DNA of 64,000 nt from Trueperaceae bacterium. Lineage in GTDB: Bacteria; Deinococcota; Deinococci; Deinococcales; Trueperaceae. The translations under genes and the position numbers were made by a program. The notes beneath the pieces were generated by a model, which was given only the letters and a program-made list of their open reading frames with translations, made no database searches and was not told the DNA's origin. Positions 38,125 through 49,006 of the stretch are shown here, piece by piece (positions within the stretch are counted from its first letter, which is position 1; the number at the start of each line of letters is the position of its first letter). The stretch is from contig OZ243927.1 in assembly GCA_965213925.1 (NCBI GenBank), positions 3,680,001 to 3,744,000 of the forward strand, given 5' to 3'.

Positions 38125-38397
38125 GTGTGTTGCCTCCAGAATTTGATGTGTGCCTCAACTATAGCAACTTTCGCTCTCGCTGAGATTGTGTCGCGCAGTT
38201 ACCCTCTTTTAACAGGAACGCTACGCGATACTTTATCCGCTAAGAGCGTTGCTTCGCAGGACTTCGTACATCGTGACCCGATACTATTTGCTATGACACC
38301 AGATGCTACCTGCTATAACCTAGCAAATCTCAGGGATTCTAACATGCGTTGCCGAAAGGATGCACGCTGAGATGTCTGTACGAGCAATCCGCGCCGT

Positions 38398-39135
38398 TCA
38401 ACACGCCACCATACCCCCGTCCACTGCGAGCGTTTGTCCATTGACATACGCCGCGTCTTCACCCGCTAAAAAGGCGACGACCTTCGCGACCTCTTCGGGT
38501 GAACCGAAGCGACCCACCGGAATCTGCTCTAAATAACGCGCCCTAAGGTCATCCGAGAGGTCTCCCGTCATATCCGAGGCGATAAAGCCCGGCGCGACGG
38601 CGTTCACTGTGATGCCCTTGCCGCCGTACTCCTTGGCGAGCGCCTTGGTGAGCCCTAAAAGCCCCGCTTTCGCCGTCACGTAGTTCGCTTGCCCGACGTT
38701 GCCCATAATGCCTACTACCGACGAAATATTGATGACGCGCCCCCATTTGCTGCGCACCATGCCGCGCAGCGCCGTTTTGGTGAGGTGAAAAGCGCTCGAG
38801 AGGTCCGTGTCAATCACATCCGTCCAATCTTGCGCTTTCATGCGCATGGCGAGACCGTCTTTGGTGATGCCCGCGTTGTTGATGAGGATATCTAGGCTCC
38901 CAAACGCCTCACCGACCTCTTTCACTAAGGTTTGACACGCCTCGGGGTCCGCGATGTCCGCGCTAAAGACCTCCACTTGTGCGCCCGCCTCTCTCGCGAG
39001 CTTCGCGACCTCTTCGGCAGGCTCTGCCGAGCGGACGTAATGCACGGCGACGTTGTGACCTCTTTGTGCCAGCTCGAGCGCCATCGCCCGCCCTAGACCG
39101 CGGCTCGAGCCCGTCACGAGCGCCGTCCGCGTCAC
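38398..39135 (-). CDS. fabG: 3-oxoacyl-ACP reductase
   Basis: TGSSRGLG, NNAGIT.D, GNVGQANY...K; fab operon context. Confidence 0.95.
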   Translation of the reverse strand: MTRTALVTGSSRGLGRAMALELAQRGHNVAVHYVRSAEPAEEVAKLAREAGAQVEVFSADIADPEACQTLVKEVGEAFGSLDILINNAGITKDGLAMRMKAQDWTDVIDTDLSSAFHLTKTALRGMVRSKWGRVINISSVVGIMGNVGQANYVTAKAGLLGLTKALAKEYGGKGITVNAVAPGFIASDMTGDLSDDLRARYLEQIPVGRFGSPEEVAKVVAFLAGEDAAYVNGQTLAVDGGMVAC

Positions 39136-40058
39136 CCTTTGACCTCTTGTAAGCTGGCTAATGTTTCAGGGTCGTAGACGGACTTGGCGTCGGCTGTTTT
39201 GTCCATCCGCTTGATCAGCCCGCTCAAAACCTTGCCCGAACCGAATTCTAAAAAGGTCGTAATGCCTAAGTCCTGCAACCGCTTTGTTAGTTCGACCCAG
39301 CGCACCGCGTGCGTCACCTGCTCCTCTAAAAGCCGCGGGGCGTGCTCTATTTCCACCACGTCCGCCGTAACATTGCTGAGCACCGGAAACGAAGGGGTTC
39401 TAAACTCGGTCTCTCTAAGAATCGTCGCGAGTTTGTCCGCCGCTGGTTTCATCAAACGGCAGTGAAAAGGCGCGGAGACGTTGAGAGGAACGACCCTCGC
39501 CCGCCTCTCTTTAAGCTTTTCGCTCGCCTTTTGAACCGCGCCTTGTTCACCAGAAATGACCGTCTGCTCTGGCGAATTGTAGTTGGCGACCTCGACAGTG
39601 CCCCCAGAATTCTTGGCGACCTCCTCGCAGACCTCTTTCACCTGCGCCGCGTCCACCTTGAGAGCGGCTGCCATCGCGCCCTGACCTTCGGGGACGGCGT
39701 CTTGCATGTACTGTCCGCGCTTGCGGACGAGCTTGAGGGCGTCCTCGAGTTGAAGTGACCCCGCCACCACGTGCGCTGTAAACTCACCTAAACTGTGCCC
39801 CGCCGCGCAACTCGGTCTCTCACCCCCCGCTTCGGTGTACGCCGCGAACGCCGCCACGCCCGCCGCCACGAGTGCGGGTTGCTGGTTCGCGGTGAGCTTG
39901 AGCGTATCCTCGGGACCCTTCCACATAATGTCTAAAAGTCCGGGCAAGGCGGCTTCAGCTCTATCTAGGATGGATTTGGCAGCGGGGCTTACGTCGTAAA
40001 ACTCCTGCGCCATCCCCACCACCTGCGAGTTCTGCCCCGGAAAAAGTGCCGCAATCAT
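39132..40058 (-). CDS. fabD: Malonyl-CoA:ACP transacylase
   Basis: FPGQ, GHSLGE and VSAPFH motifs. Confidence 0.96.
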   Translation of the reverse strand: MIAALFPGQNSQVVGMAQEFYDVSPAAKSILDRAEAALPGLLDIMWKGPEDTLKLTANQQPALVAAGVAAFAAYTEAGGERPSCAAGHSLGEFTAHVVAGSLQLEDALKLVRKRGQYMQDAVPEGQGAMAAALKVDAAQVKEVCEEVAKNSGGTVEVANYNSPEQTVISGEQGAVQKASEKLKERRARVVPLNVSAPFHCRLMKPAADKLATILRETEFRTPSFPVLSNVTADVVEIEHAPRLLEEQVTHAVRWVELTKRLQDLGITTFLEFGSGKVLSGLIKRMDKTADAKSVYDPETLASLQEVKG

Positions 40059-41065
40059 GCTGCCTCCATGAGTCCGCCCCAGGTGATGACGCTGGACGCC
40101 CAGGTTAAGCCTGCCCCGAACGCGACCAAGAGCAACTTGTCGCCATCTCGGATGCGCCCGTGGTCCAGTGCGTGTTTGAGCGCCAAAGGAATACTCGCCG
40201 TCGAAACGTTGCCGTACTCGTCCACCGTCACGACGACGCGCTCTTCCGGGAGTTCTAAACGCTCCCGAGCCGCTTTGATAATGCGCAAGTTCGCCTGATG
40301 CGGCACGAAGAGTGAAATGTCGTCCGGCGTGAGCCCCGCCTTTTCGATGGCGTCCAGTGAAGCGCTTTGCATAATGCGCACCGCGAACTTAAAGACTTCG
40401 TGCCCGTTCTGGTAAATTTTGTCCGTTATCTTTGTGCCGTCCGGTAAGCAGGGCGCAACCGCTTTCGAGTGTAAGAACTTACCGCCCGAACCGTCCGCGC
40501 CCAAGACAAAGGAGGAAAACCCATAAGGCTCCGGCACCGCTTCGACGATGGCTGCGCCCGCCGCGTCGCCGAAAAGAACCGCCGTGCTGCGGTCTTCCCA
40601 GTCCAAGATTTTAGTGAGCGCCTCCGCGCCGATGGCTAAGACTTTCTTGCAGATGCCCGCCTCGACGTAACCCTTCGCCACTGAAAGCGCATAAATCCAA
40701 CCCGGACACGCCGCCAAGAGGTCGAACGCGCCTGCGTCCAAATTAAAATGCTCTTGCACGATAGACGCCGTAGACGGAAAGAGCGCGTCGGGCGTGTTCG
40801 TCGCGACGATGACCATGTCCACGCCCTCCAAGCTCGCCGCGCCGTGCCGGCAGCGCAAATCTTCGACGCTTCTCATCGCCAGGTGAGAGGTGAACTCCTG
40901 ATCCGCCGCGATGTGCCGCCGCTTGATGCCTGTGCGCGTGGTAATCCACTCGTCAGAGGTGTCCATCATGGCTTCTAGGTCTCTATTACTGAGGATTTTC
41001 TCAGGGGCGTACGCGCCTAACGCACTGATGCCAGCACGCGCCTTACCGTCAGTCGCAGGTATCAT
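40055..41065 (-). CDS. fabH: 3-oxoacyl-ACP synthase III
   Basis: AACPG, LFGDAAG, PHQAN, YGNVSTAS and FGAGLTW motifs. Confidence 0.95.
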   Translation of the reverse strand: MIPATDGKARAGISALGAYAPEKILSNRDLEAMMDTSDEWITTRTGIKRRHIAADQEFTSHLAMRSVEDLRCRHGAASLEGVDMVIVATNTPDALFPSTASIVQEHFNLDAGAFDLLAACPGWIYALSVAKGYVEAGICKKVLAIGAEALTKILDWEDRSTAVLFGDAAGAAIVEAVPEPYGFSSFVLGADGSGGKFLHSKAVAPCLPDGTKITDKIYQNGHEVFKFAVRIMQSASLDAIEKAGLTPDDISLFVPHQANLRIIKAARERLELPEERVVVTVDEYGNVSTASIPLALKHALDHGRIRDGDKLLLVAFGAGLTWASSVITWGGLMEAA

Positions 41066-41126
41066 CTGGTTTGCGTCAATTTCACGAGGTCAACCATTAA
41101 CGAGTACGCACGTTCAGAGATACCTG
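41056..41126 (+). repeat. MITE-like repeat copy overlapping the fabH start codon
   Basis: CAGGTATCATCTGGT...GTACGCACGTTCAGAGATACCTG. Confidence 0.72.
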
Positions 41127-41364
41127 CGTGATTCAATACCAGCATTTCTGGGAACTGCTCTAAATGGGTCACGAAATCACGTCCGCTCGGTCTAAGATAG
41201 GGCATGTTATACCAAACTGGTTTGAGTATGTCACTCATACGCTGCATCTGATGACATTTGTACCCTACGCATAAGGAGTTCAAAGGTTCAAGTTCTTATA
41301 GAAGTGGCTGCGTTCGGTGCTTATCGGTGTGGTAGGAATACGGACACAGGCAGCCGAAAGAATC

Positions 41365-41670
41365 ATGTATCTGCTCGAGCTATTCAGCACGGCAAAACCG
41401 CTTTTCACATTTGATTTGGGGGCTCACCCCTTCCTCTTTTCTCTTTGCGTGGCTACGGCAGTTTTCACTTGGGGCGCTGGACGCGAGGGCGAGAGGTTAG
41501 GCTTACAAAAGAGAATCGCCGCTCAACTTCGCTTAGCTGGTGCGGCGCTACTCGGGCTTATCTTCTTCGTCAGTCTAGCTTCGCTTAGCTGGCTTATGGG
41601 TGCGCTCTTCGGTTCACTTTTCGCATTGCGTCTAGGTGTGCCTGCGCTTCGTGAACTTCGCAGACATTAA
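41365..41670 (+). CDS. Small membrane protein (hypothetical)
   Basis: About 101 aa with 2-3 hydrophobic segments; a terminator-like hairpin follows at ~41680-41706. Confidence 0.55.
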   Translation: MYLLELFSTAKPLFTFDLGAHPFLFSLCVATAVFTWGAGREGERLGLQKRIAAQLRLAGAALLGLIFFVSLASLSWLMGALFGSLFALRLGVPALRELRRH

Positions 41671-41727
41671 AAGCACAAAAAAAGAGGCTGCTAGGCAACC
41701 TCTCTCATTTCAGAAATGAACTAAAAA

Positions 41728-41919
41728 TCAGTAATTATCAACGTCTAAAACTTGCTTGCCGCCGTACGAGCCGCAGTGTGGGCAGACGACGTGGCTGGGC
41801 TTGAGTTCGCTGCACTGAGCGCAGGGGACGAGGTTGGGTGCGGACAACGAATCGTGGGCACGCCTCGAGTCGCGCCTCGCTTTGGACATGCGTTTTTTGG
41901 GTACGGGATGCTTCGCCAT
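41728..41919 (-). CDS. rpmF: 50S ribosomal protein L32
   Basis: MAKHPVPKKRMSKARRDSRR, CxxC...CxxC. Confidence 0.97.
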   Translation of the reverse strand: MAKHPVPKKRMSKARRDSRRAHDSLSAPNLVPCAQCSELKPSHVVCPHCGSYGGKQVLDVDNY

Positions 41920-41944
41920 GACAAACTCCTTTTATCCTTAAAAC

Positions 41945-42508
41945 CTAGTTGTTAAGGTCTAAATCTTTCAACACAGAGAAGGGTGATTCGGGCTGCTCGA
42001 CCTTGACGGGCGCTTCGTGCTCGGGGTGATCGTTCAGGTTGACCCCGTCGAGCGAGAGCCCCTTACAAGTCTCTTTACAGAGTACCGTAAGTGGCAGGTC
42101 AATCGCAAAGATTTGCGCTAAAAGAGGGGCAAAGTCCACTTCGGGTTTTCCGAAGATGAGCATGTCGTCTTCGTCTTCGGACTCTTTTAAGGTCAAGTTG
42201 CCGTTGCCCGCTCTATACGCCATCGGGTAAACGAGGTCGGTGCGGAGCGTGGTCGCCACATCCGTTAAGCAGCGGCGACACTCCTGGACAGCCGTACCGG
42301 AGACATCTCCCATTAAAAGATAATCATCATCTCCGCCAGTCGAGCGCACGCTGAGGTGCCACGCTAAAGGCGTCTCGAGCCTCAATCCATCCGCCTCTAA
42401 AAGCGCCTCGTCCGGCATGAGTAGCCCGTTACCCTCAACCTCGCCCCCCGCTTCGGGGTCTTGCTTGAGCAAACTTGCTAAGTTGAGAATCGCATCTTGC
42501 CTAGACAT
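41945..42508 (-). CDS. yceD: YceD/DUF177 family protein
   Basis: ECRRCL and LCKETCKGL motifs; upstream of rpmF. Confidence 0.88.
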   Translation of the reverse strand: MSRQDAILNLASLLKQDPEAGGEVEGNGLLMPDEALLEADGLRLETPLAWHLSVRSTGGDDDYLLMGDVSGTAVQECRRCLTDVATTLRTDLVYPMAYRAGNGNLTLKESEDEDDMLIFGKPEVDFAPLLAQIFAIDLPLTVLCKETCKGLSLDGVNLNDHPEHEAPVKVEQPESPFSVLKDLDLNN

Positions 42509-42624
42509 CCCATTAGGGTAAGGTCTCACGGCGTAGAGTGTCAAGGCGTGGTGAGACAGGGAAAAAGCAGGAGTTGGAATTCAGCGTAAAACCTACTGAA
42601 TTCTAACTCCTTGACTACTACCTC

Positions 42625-43662
42625 TTACACCCCCACTGCCTCTTTCGCCGCAAAGAGCTTGTTGTACCCTCTCGCTTCGCGCCCCTCCCAACCGCGCTTA
42701 TGATAGGCGTAGCCAGCGATGAGAGGCAGCGTCACCGTCGCCTCGCCGTAGACCATCTGCTCGTAAGCCAAGTCCACTTTGCCCCACGAGTTCGCCTCTT
42801 TCAAGGTCGAGCCGGAGAGTGCGCCGTCGCGCTCGTCGGCGACGGTGAGTTGCACGGCGTACTTATGCATCGCCGCGGCGTGCCCTAAAAATTCGGCGGA
42901 GACGACGATGTCTTGCACGAAGTTTTTGGGCACGCCGCCACCGATCATGAAGATACCCGTCGTCCCTTGCGCGATTTTGACTTGAGTAAGTTCGCGAAAG
43001 TCTTTCACTGAGTCGATGGAGACGTGCGCGTCGGGGTTGTGGGTTTGGTGGAACACGAGCCCGAAGCCCGCCGAGCAGTCGCTGAAGGCAGGGACGAAGA
43101 TGGGAACGCCCCGTTCGAAGCACTCGCGAACGATGGAGTCCTGTCCCAAGTCGTTCTGAACGAGGTAGCGTCCCATCTCTACGATGAACTCGCGGGAGCT
43201 GTACGCGCTCGGCTTCATGTCGTCCGCAATCTGCCGAATCGTGTCGTCGCAGACGCGCAGTTCGTCCTCGTTAATGTACGTGTCGTAAATCCGGTCGATG
43301 GCGAGTTCACGCAGGGTGTTATCGTCCGCCGCCGTATCGCCCTGATAATGTTTGTAGCCGAGCCCTTCGAAGAAGTCCTGGTCTACGATGTTCGCGCCCG
43401 TCGCGACGATGGCGTCTACCATATTGTTGCGAATGAGGTCCAAAACGACGAGCTTTTGCCCCGCCGAGATAATGCTGCCCGCGAGTGTCAAGACGATGCC
43501 TGCGTCCTCGTCGCGAATCATTATGTCGTAGATGCCTGCGGCGCGTGCGAGCGTCCGCGCTGAAAAGGCAGTTTTGCCCATCGCCTCGACGAGCGGCACG
43601 ACGTTGGTTTCTTTGATGTCGATATGTTCGACGGTGTCTTTGAGGAAATCTTGCTTTTGCAT
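42625..43662 (-). CDS. Deoxyhypusine synthase-family protein (SpeY-like, homospermidine pathway)
   Basis: IDRIYD, PAFSDCS, IGGGVPKNF and GALSGSTLKEANSWGK (catalytic Lys retained). Confidence 0.85.
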   Translation of the reverse strand: MQKQDFLKDTVEHIDIKETNVVPLVEAMGKTAFSARTLARAAGIYDIMIRDEDAGIVLTLAGSIISAGQKLVVLDLIRNNMVDAIVATGANIVDQDFFEGLGYKHYQGDTAADDNTLRELAIDRIYDTYINEDELRVCDDTIRQIADDMKPSAYSSREFIVEMGRYLVQNDLGQDSIVRECFERGVPIFVPAFSDCSAGFGLVFHQTHNPDAHVSIDSVKDFRELTQVKIAQGTTGIFMIGGGVPKNFVQDIVVSAEFLGHAAAMHKYAVQLTVADERDGALSGSTLKEANSWGKVDLAYEQMVYGEATVTLPLIAGYAYHKRGWEGREARGYNKLFAAKEAVGV

Positions 43663-43915
43663 CTTACTGAGCCTCCACTCGAGTCTAAACGTAGTCTTAG
43701 TTGCCCGCTTAGTGTAGCCGTGGTTTTAGCAAGGTGCAAAGAAAAAGACCACGGCGTTTTGGAGTCCTACGGCTCTTATTTGAGTAGAGAATCTAGGAGC
43801 CGCCATCGGTACTCCCCATGGCTGATATCTCAATGATGAGGGATGGGAGAGGAAAAATCAAGAGGTCGAGAGGCGAACCGGTTACGAACGAGCACCCCAA
43901 CTTGCTATTTATTTC

Positions 43916-44572
43916 TCACCGCTCTATCGGCGCGAGCCCTAAACGCACGATGTAGCGCTGCGCCCCGCGCTTTTGTTGATAGCGCTTCAAGAGGTCGAAC
44001 ATCTCGCGCTGCAGCGCCTTGGCGTCCTCGAAGTCGAGGTACGCTTCGCGCCAGGCGGAGAGGACGGCGGGGTCGTCGTTCGCTAAGGTCGTGAGGTTTT
44101 GCTCGGGCGCTACGGCCATCTGTACCTGCAGGCGTCCGCGAGCGTCCCGGTAGATGCGCGTGCCGTAGGTCTCCACTTTTTCCAACCGCGCACGCACGAC
44201 GTTGTGGCGCAAGAGGTCTTGCCAGTAGGCGTCGCGCTCAGCTAAGGCCGCCTCCAAAGACTCCGCTGAGGTCGCTTCGAAGGGGATGAAAAAGCCGTCC
44301 GCGACACCCCTATAGACCTTGAGCGCCCGCCCCTGGCGCGGTTCTTCGCGCACGACCTCTAAAAGACCCGCCCTGAGAAAGCGCCGCACCCGCGACAGCA
44401 CCGTGTTCGGCTTTTCGCCCGTCTCCTGCGCCGCCTCTTTTACGGTCATCTCCCTCGCCAAAAACGGCTCTAGTTGCCGCAATGTGTGGGGGTTGGTTAG
44501 GATAGCAGCGGCTTCAGGGTTGTCGACGCTCAGAATGCTAGGTGAAGTTCTGCGTGACTTTTGCTCTTTCAT
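43916..44572 (-). CDS. Winged-helix (ArsR-like) transcriptional regulator
   Basis: LEPFLAREMTVKEAAQETG...RFLRAGLLEVVREEPRQGRALKVY. Confidence 0.75.
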   Translation of the reverse strand: MKEQKSRRTSPSILSVDNPEAAAILTNPHTLRQLEPFLAREMTVKEAAQETGEKPNTVLSRVRRFLRAGLLEVVREEPRQGRALKVYRGVADGFFIPFEATSAESLEAALAERDAYWQDLLRHNVVRARLEKVETYGTRIYRDARGRLQVQMAVAPEQNLTTLANDDPAVLSAWREAYLDFEDAKALQREMFDLLKRYQQKRGAQRYIVRLGLAPIER

Positions 44573-44613
44573 ATCACCTAGCTTACCTCCAAAATGAGAT
44601 GTGGAGGCGAGAG

Positions 44614-45327
44614 GTGAAGTTTACTGAGGAGAAAATAAAACAGCAAATTGAGTACTACCGCGCCAGAGCGTCCGAATATGATGAGTGGTTTTTGCGGCAA
44701 GGGCGTTATAACCGAGGTGAAGAACATAAGGCGCAGTGGTTCGAAGAGGTCGCGCAACTCCAGAAGGCGCTAGAGGATTTTGAACCGCGCGGAGACGCGC
44801 TCGAGCTTGCCTGCGGCACGGGTTGGTGGACGGAGCACTTGACCCCTTACGCTCATTCGCTCACGGCGGTGGATGCGTCGGCGGAGGTGCTCGAGCTAAA
44901 CCGCCAGCGCGTCCAGTCTGACAAGGTGAACTACGTCCAAGCTGACCTCTTCGCGTGGCTTTCTGAAAGGCAACCCGAACGGAAGTTCGACACGATATTC
45001 TTCAGCTTTTGGCTCTCCCACGTGCCACCAGAACGGTTCGACTCCTTTTGGAGTTCGCTGCGAAGCTGGCTCGAGCCTGGCGGAAGGGTGTTTTTGATCG
45101 ACTCGAGCTACGAAGTTTCGAGCACCGCTAAAGACCAACACCTGAGAGGTCCGGATGACAGCGTCGTGACGCGCAGGCTCAACGACGGGCAGACCTTCGA
45201 CATCGTCAAGGTTTTTTATCAGCCCGAGGCTTTGGAAAAGAGGCTCGAGTCTTTAGGCTGGCGCGCCGAAGCCGAGCAAACTGACACCTTTTTCCTCTAC
45301 GCGAATACCACACTTAAAGAGGTCTAA
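44614..45327 (+). CDS. Class I SAM-dependent methyltransferase
   Basis: YYRARASEYD, LELACGTG, FWLSHVP and LEPGG motifs. Confidence 0.88.
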   Translation: MKFTEEKIKQQIEYYRARASEYDEWFLRQGRYNRGEEHKAQWFEEVAQLQKALEDFEPRGDALELACGTGWWTEHLTPYAHSLTAVDASAEVLELNRQRVQSDKVNYVQADLFAWLSERQPERKFDTIFFSFWLSHVPPERFDSFWSSLRSWLEPGGRVFLIDSSYEVSSTAKDQHLRGPDDSVVTRRLNDGQTFDIVKVFYQPEALEKRLESLGWRAEAEQTDTFFLYANTTLKEV

Positions 45328-45455
45328 ATGCAGGTCAACTGTGTAAAGTGAAGAACTTCACCTACGGGTAAAAGGCAAAAGGCGCGGTAAGATAGACGAA
45401 ACGTCGCAACCCTCCACCACCCCCTCAGACACGAAAAGCAATGAAGGAGTTCCAC

Positions 45456-48191
<2,736 letters not shown>

Positions 48192-48210
48192 CTTTAGTAG
48201 ACAGAACGGC

Positions 48211-48238
48211 GTAGGGGCGATTCATGAATTACCCCTAC
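48211..48238. repeat. GTAG-type REP-like palindrome
   Basis: GTAGGGGCGATTCATGAATTACCCCTAC, homologous to 5583-5610. Confidence 0.72.
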
Positions 48239-48332
48239 TTCTGTGAAAATTTCGCGGAACGCTTCTAAACAGGTCTTTCATACTTAGAAAGAGGCGCTGA
48301 GGTGCCTTAATTTAGAGTTTTAGGAATCCACC

Positions 48333-48941
48333 ATGATAAGACCTGTTTTACTCGTATCTACTATCCTTTTCTTACTTGTCTCATGCGCTCCGGGTGCGAC
48401 AACCGCGTCTAATAGTGTTTATGCATCTCAAAACTACGCTGAGCAGGTGTCTGAACACCATTTCCGTCATGTAGTGACCTTCTCTGATAGACGTAGCGGC
48501 AAGAAGCGAAAGAAAGCGGTAGTACCTATTCAGGCGGGCAAGACTTTCCTCTTTGAAGCTAACTACAACATTGAGGGGAAAATCCGTGCTCTATATTCTC
48601 AGAAGGATAAAAAAGGTGATGCTATCATCTACGATACGACAGCTAAGTTCAAGCAGGTAGCGATAAAGGTACCTGAAGGCTGGAGTGTAAGACTCGAGGC
48701 AATCCAGAAACGAGTCGTTTTTGACCCCTCAGCTAAAGCGCCTCCCGAATTGTCTGGCGTTCCCATTCGTGTGAATATGGGAGGCAAAGCCAAGGCGACT
48801 AAACAAGGCATTGTCACCTTCGCTGAGGCAGTAGAGGTTTCCGTACCGCAAAATGTGCAACCCGGACGATATTCGGTAAAAACGCAGTATAAATCTAAAG
48901 ATGATACCGAGTCGCTCGAGTTCATCGTAGAAGTTCTCTAG
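48333..48941 (+). CDS. Lipoprotein of unknown function (lower GC)
   Basis: Lipobox LVSC; Lys-rich, beta-rich body. Confidence 0.7.
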   Translation: MIRPVLLVSTILFLLVSCAPGATTASNSVYASQNYAEQVSEHHFRHVVTFSDRRSGKKRKKAVVPIQAGKTFLFEANYNIEGKIRALYSQKDKKGDAIIYDTTAKFKQVAIKVPEGWSVRLEAIQKRVVFDPSAKAPPELSGVPIRVNMGGKAKATKQGIVTFAEAVEVSVPQNVQPGRYSVKTQYKSKDDTESLEFIVEVL

Positions 48942-48948
48942 CACGAGA

Positions 48949-48974
48949 TAGGGGCGGGCTCGAAGCTCGCCCCT
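48949..48974. repeat. Degenerate REP-like palindrome
   Basis: TAGGGGCGGGCTCGAAGCTCGCCCCT, homologous to 5514-5542. Confidence 0.6.
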
Positions 48975-49006
48975 CGACAATTTGCTATGTTGGCATGACC
49001 GAGCTT

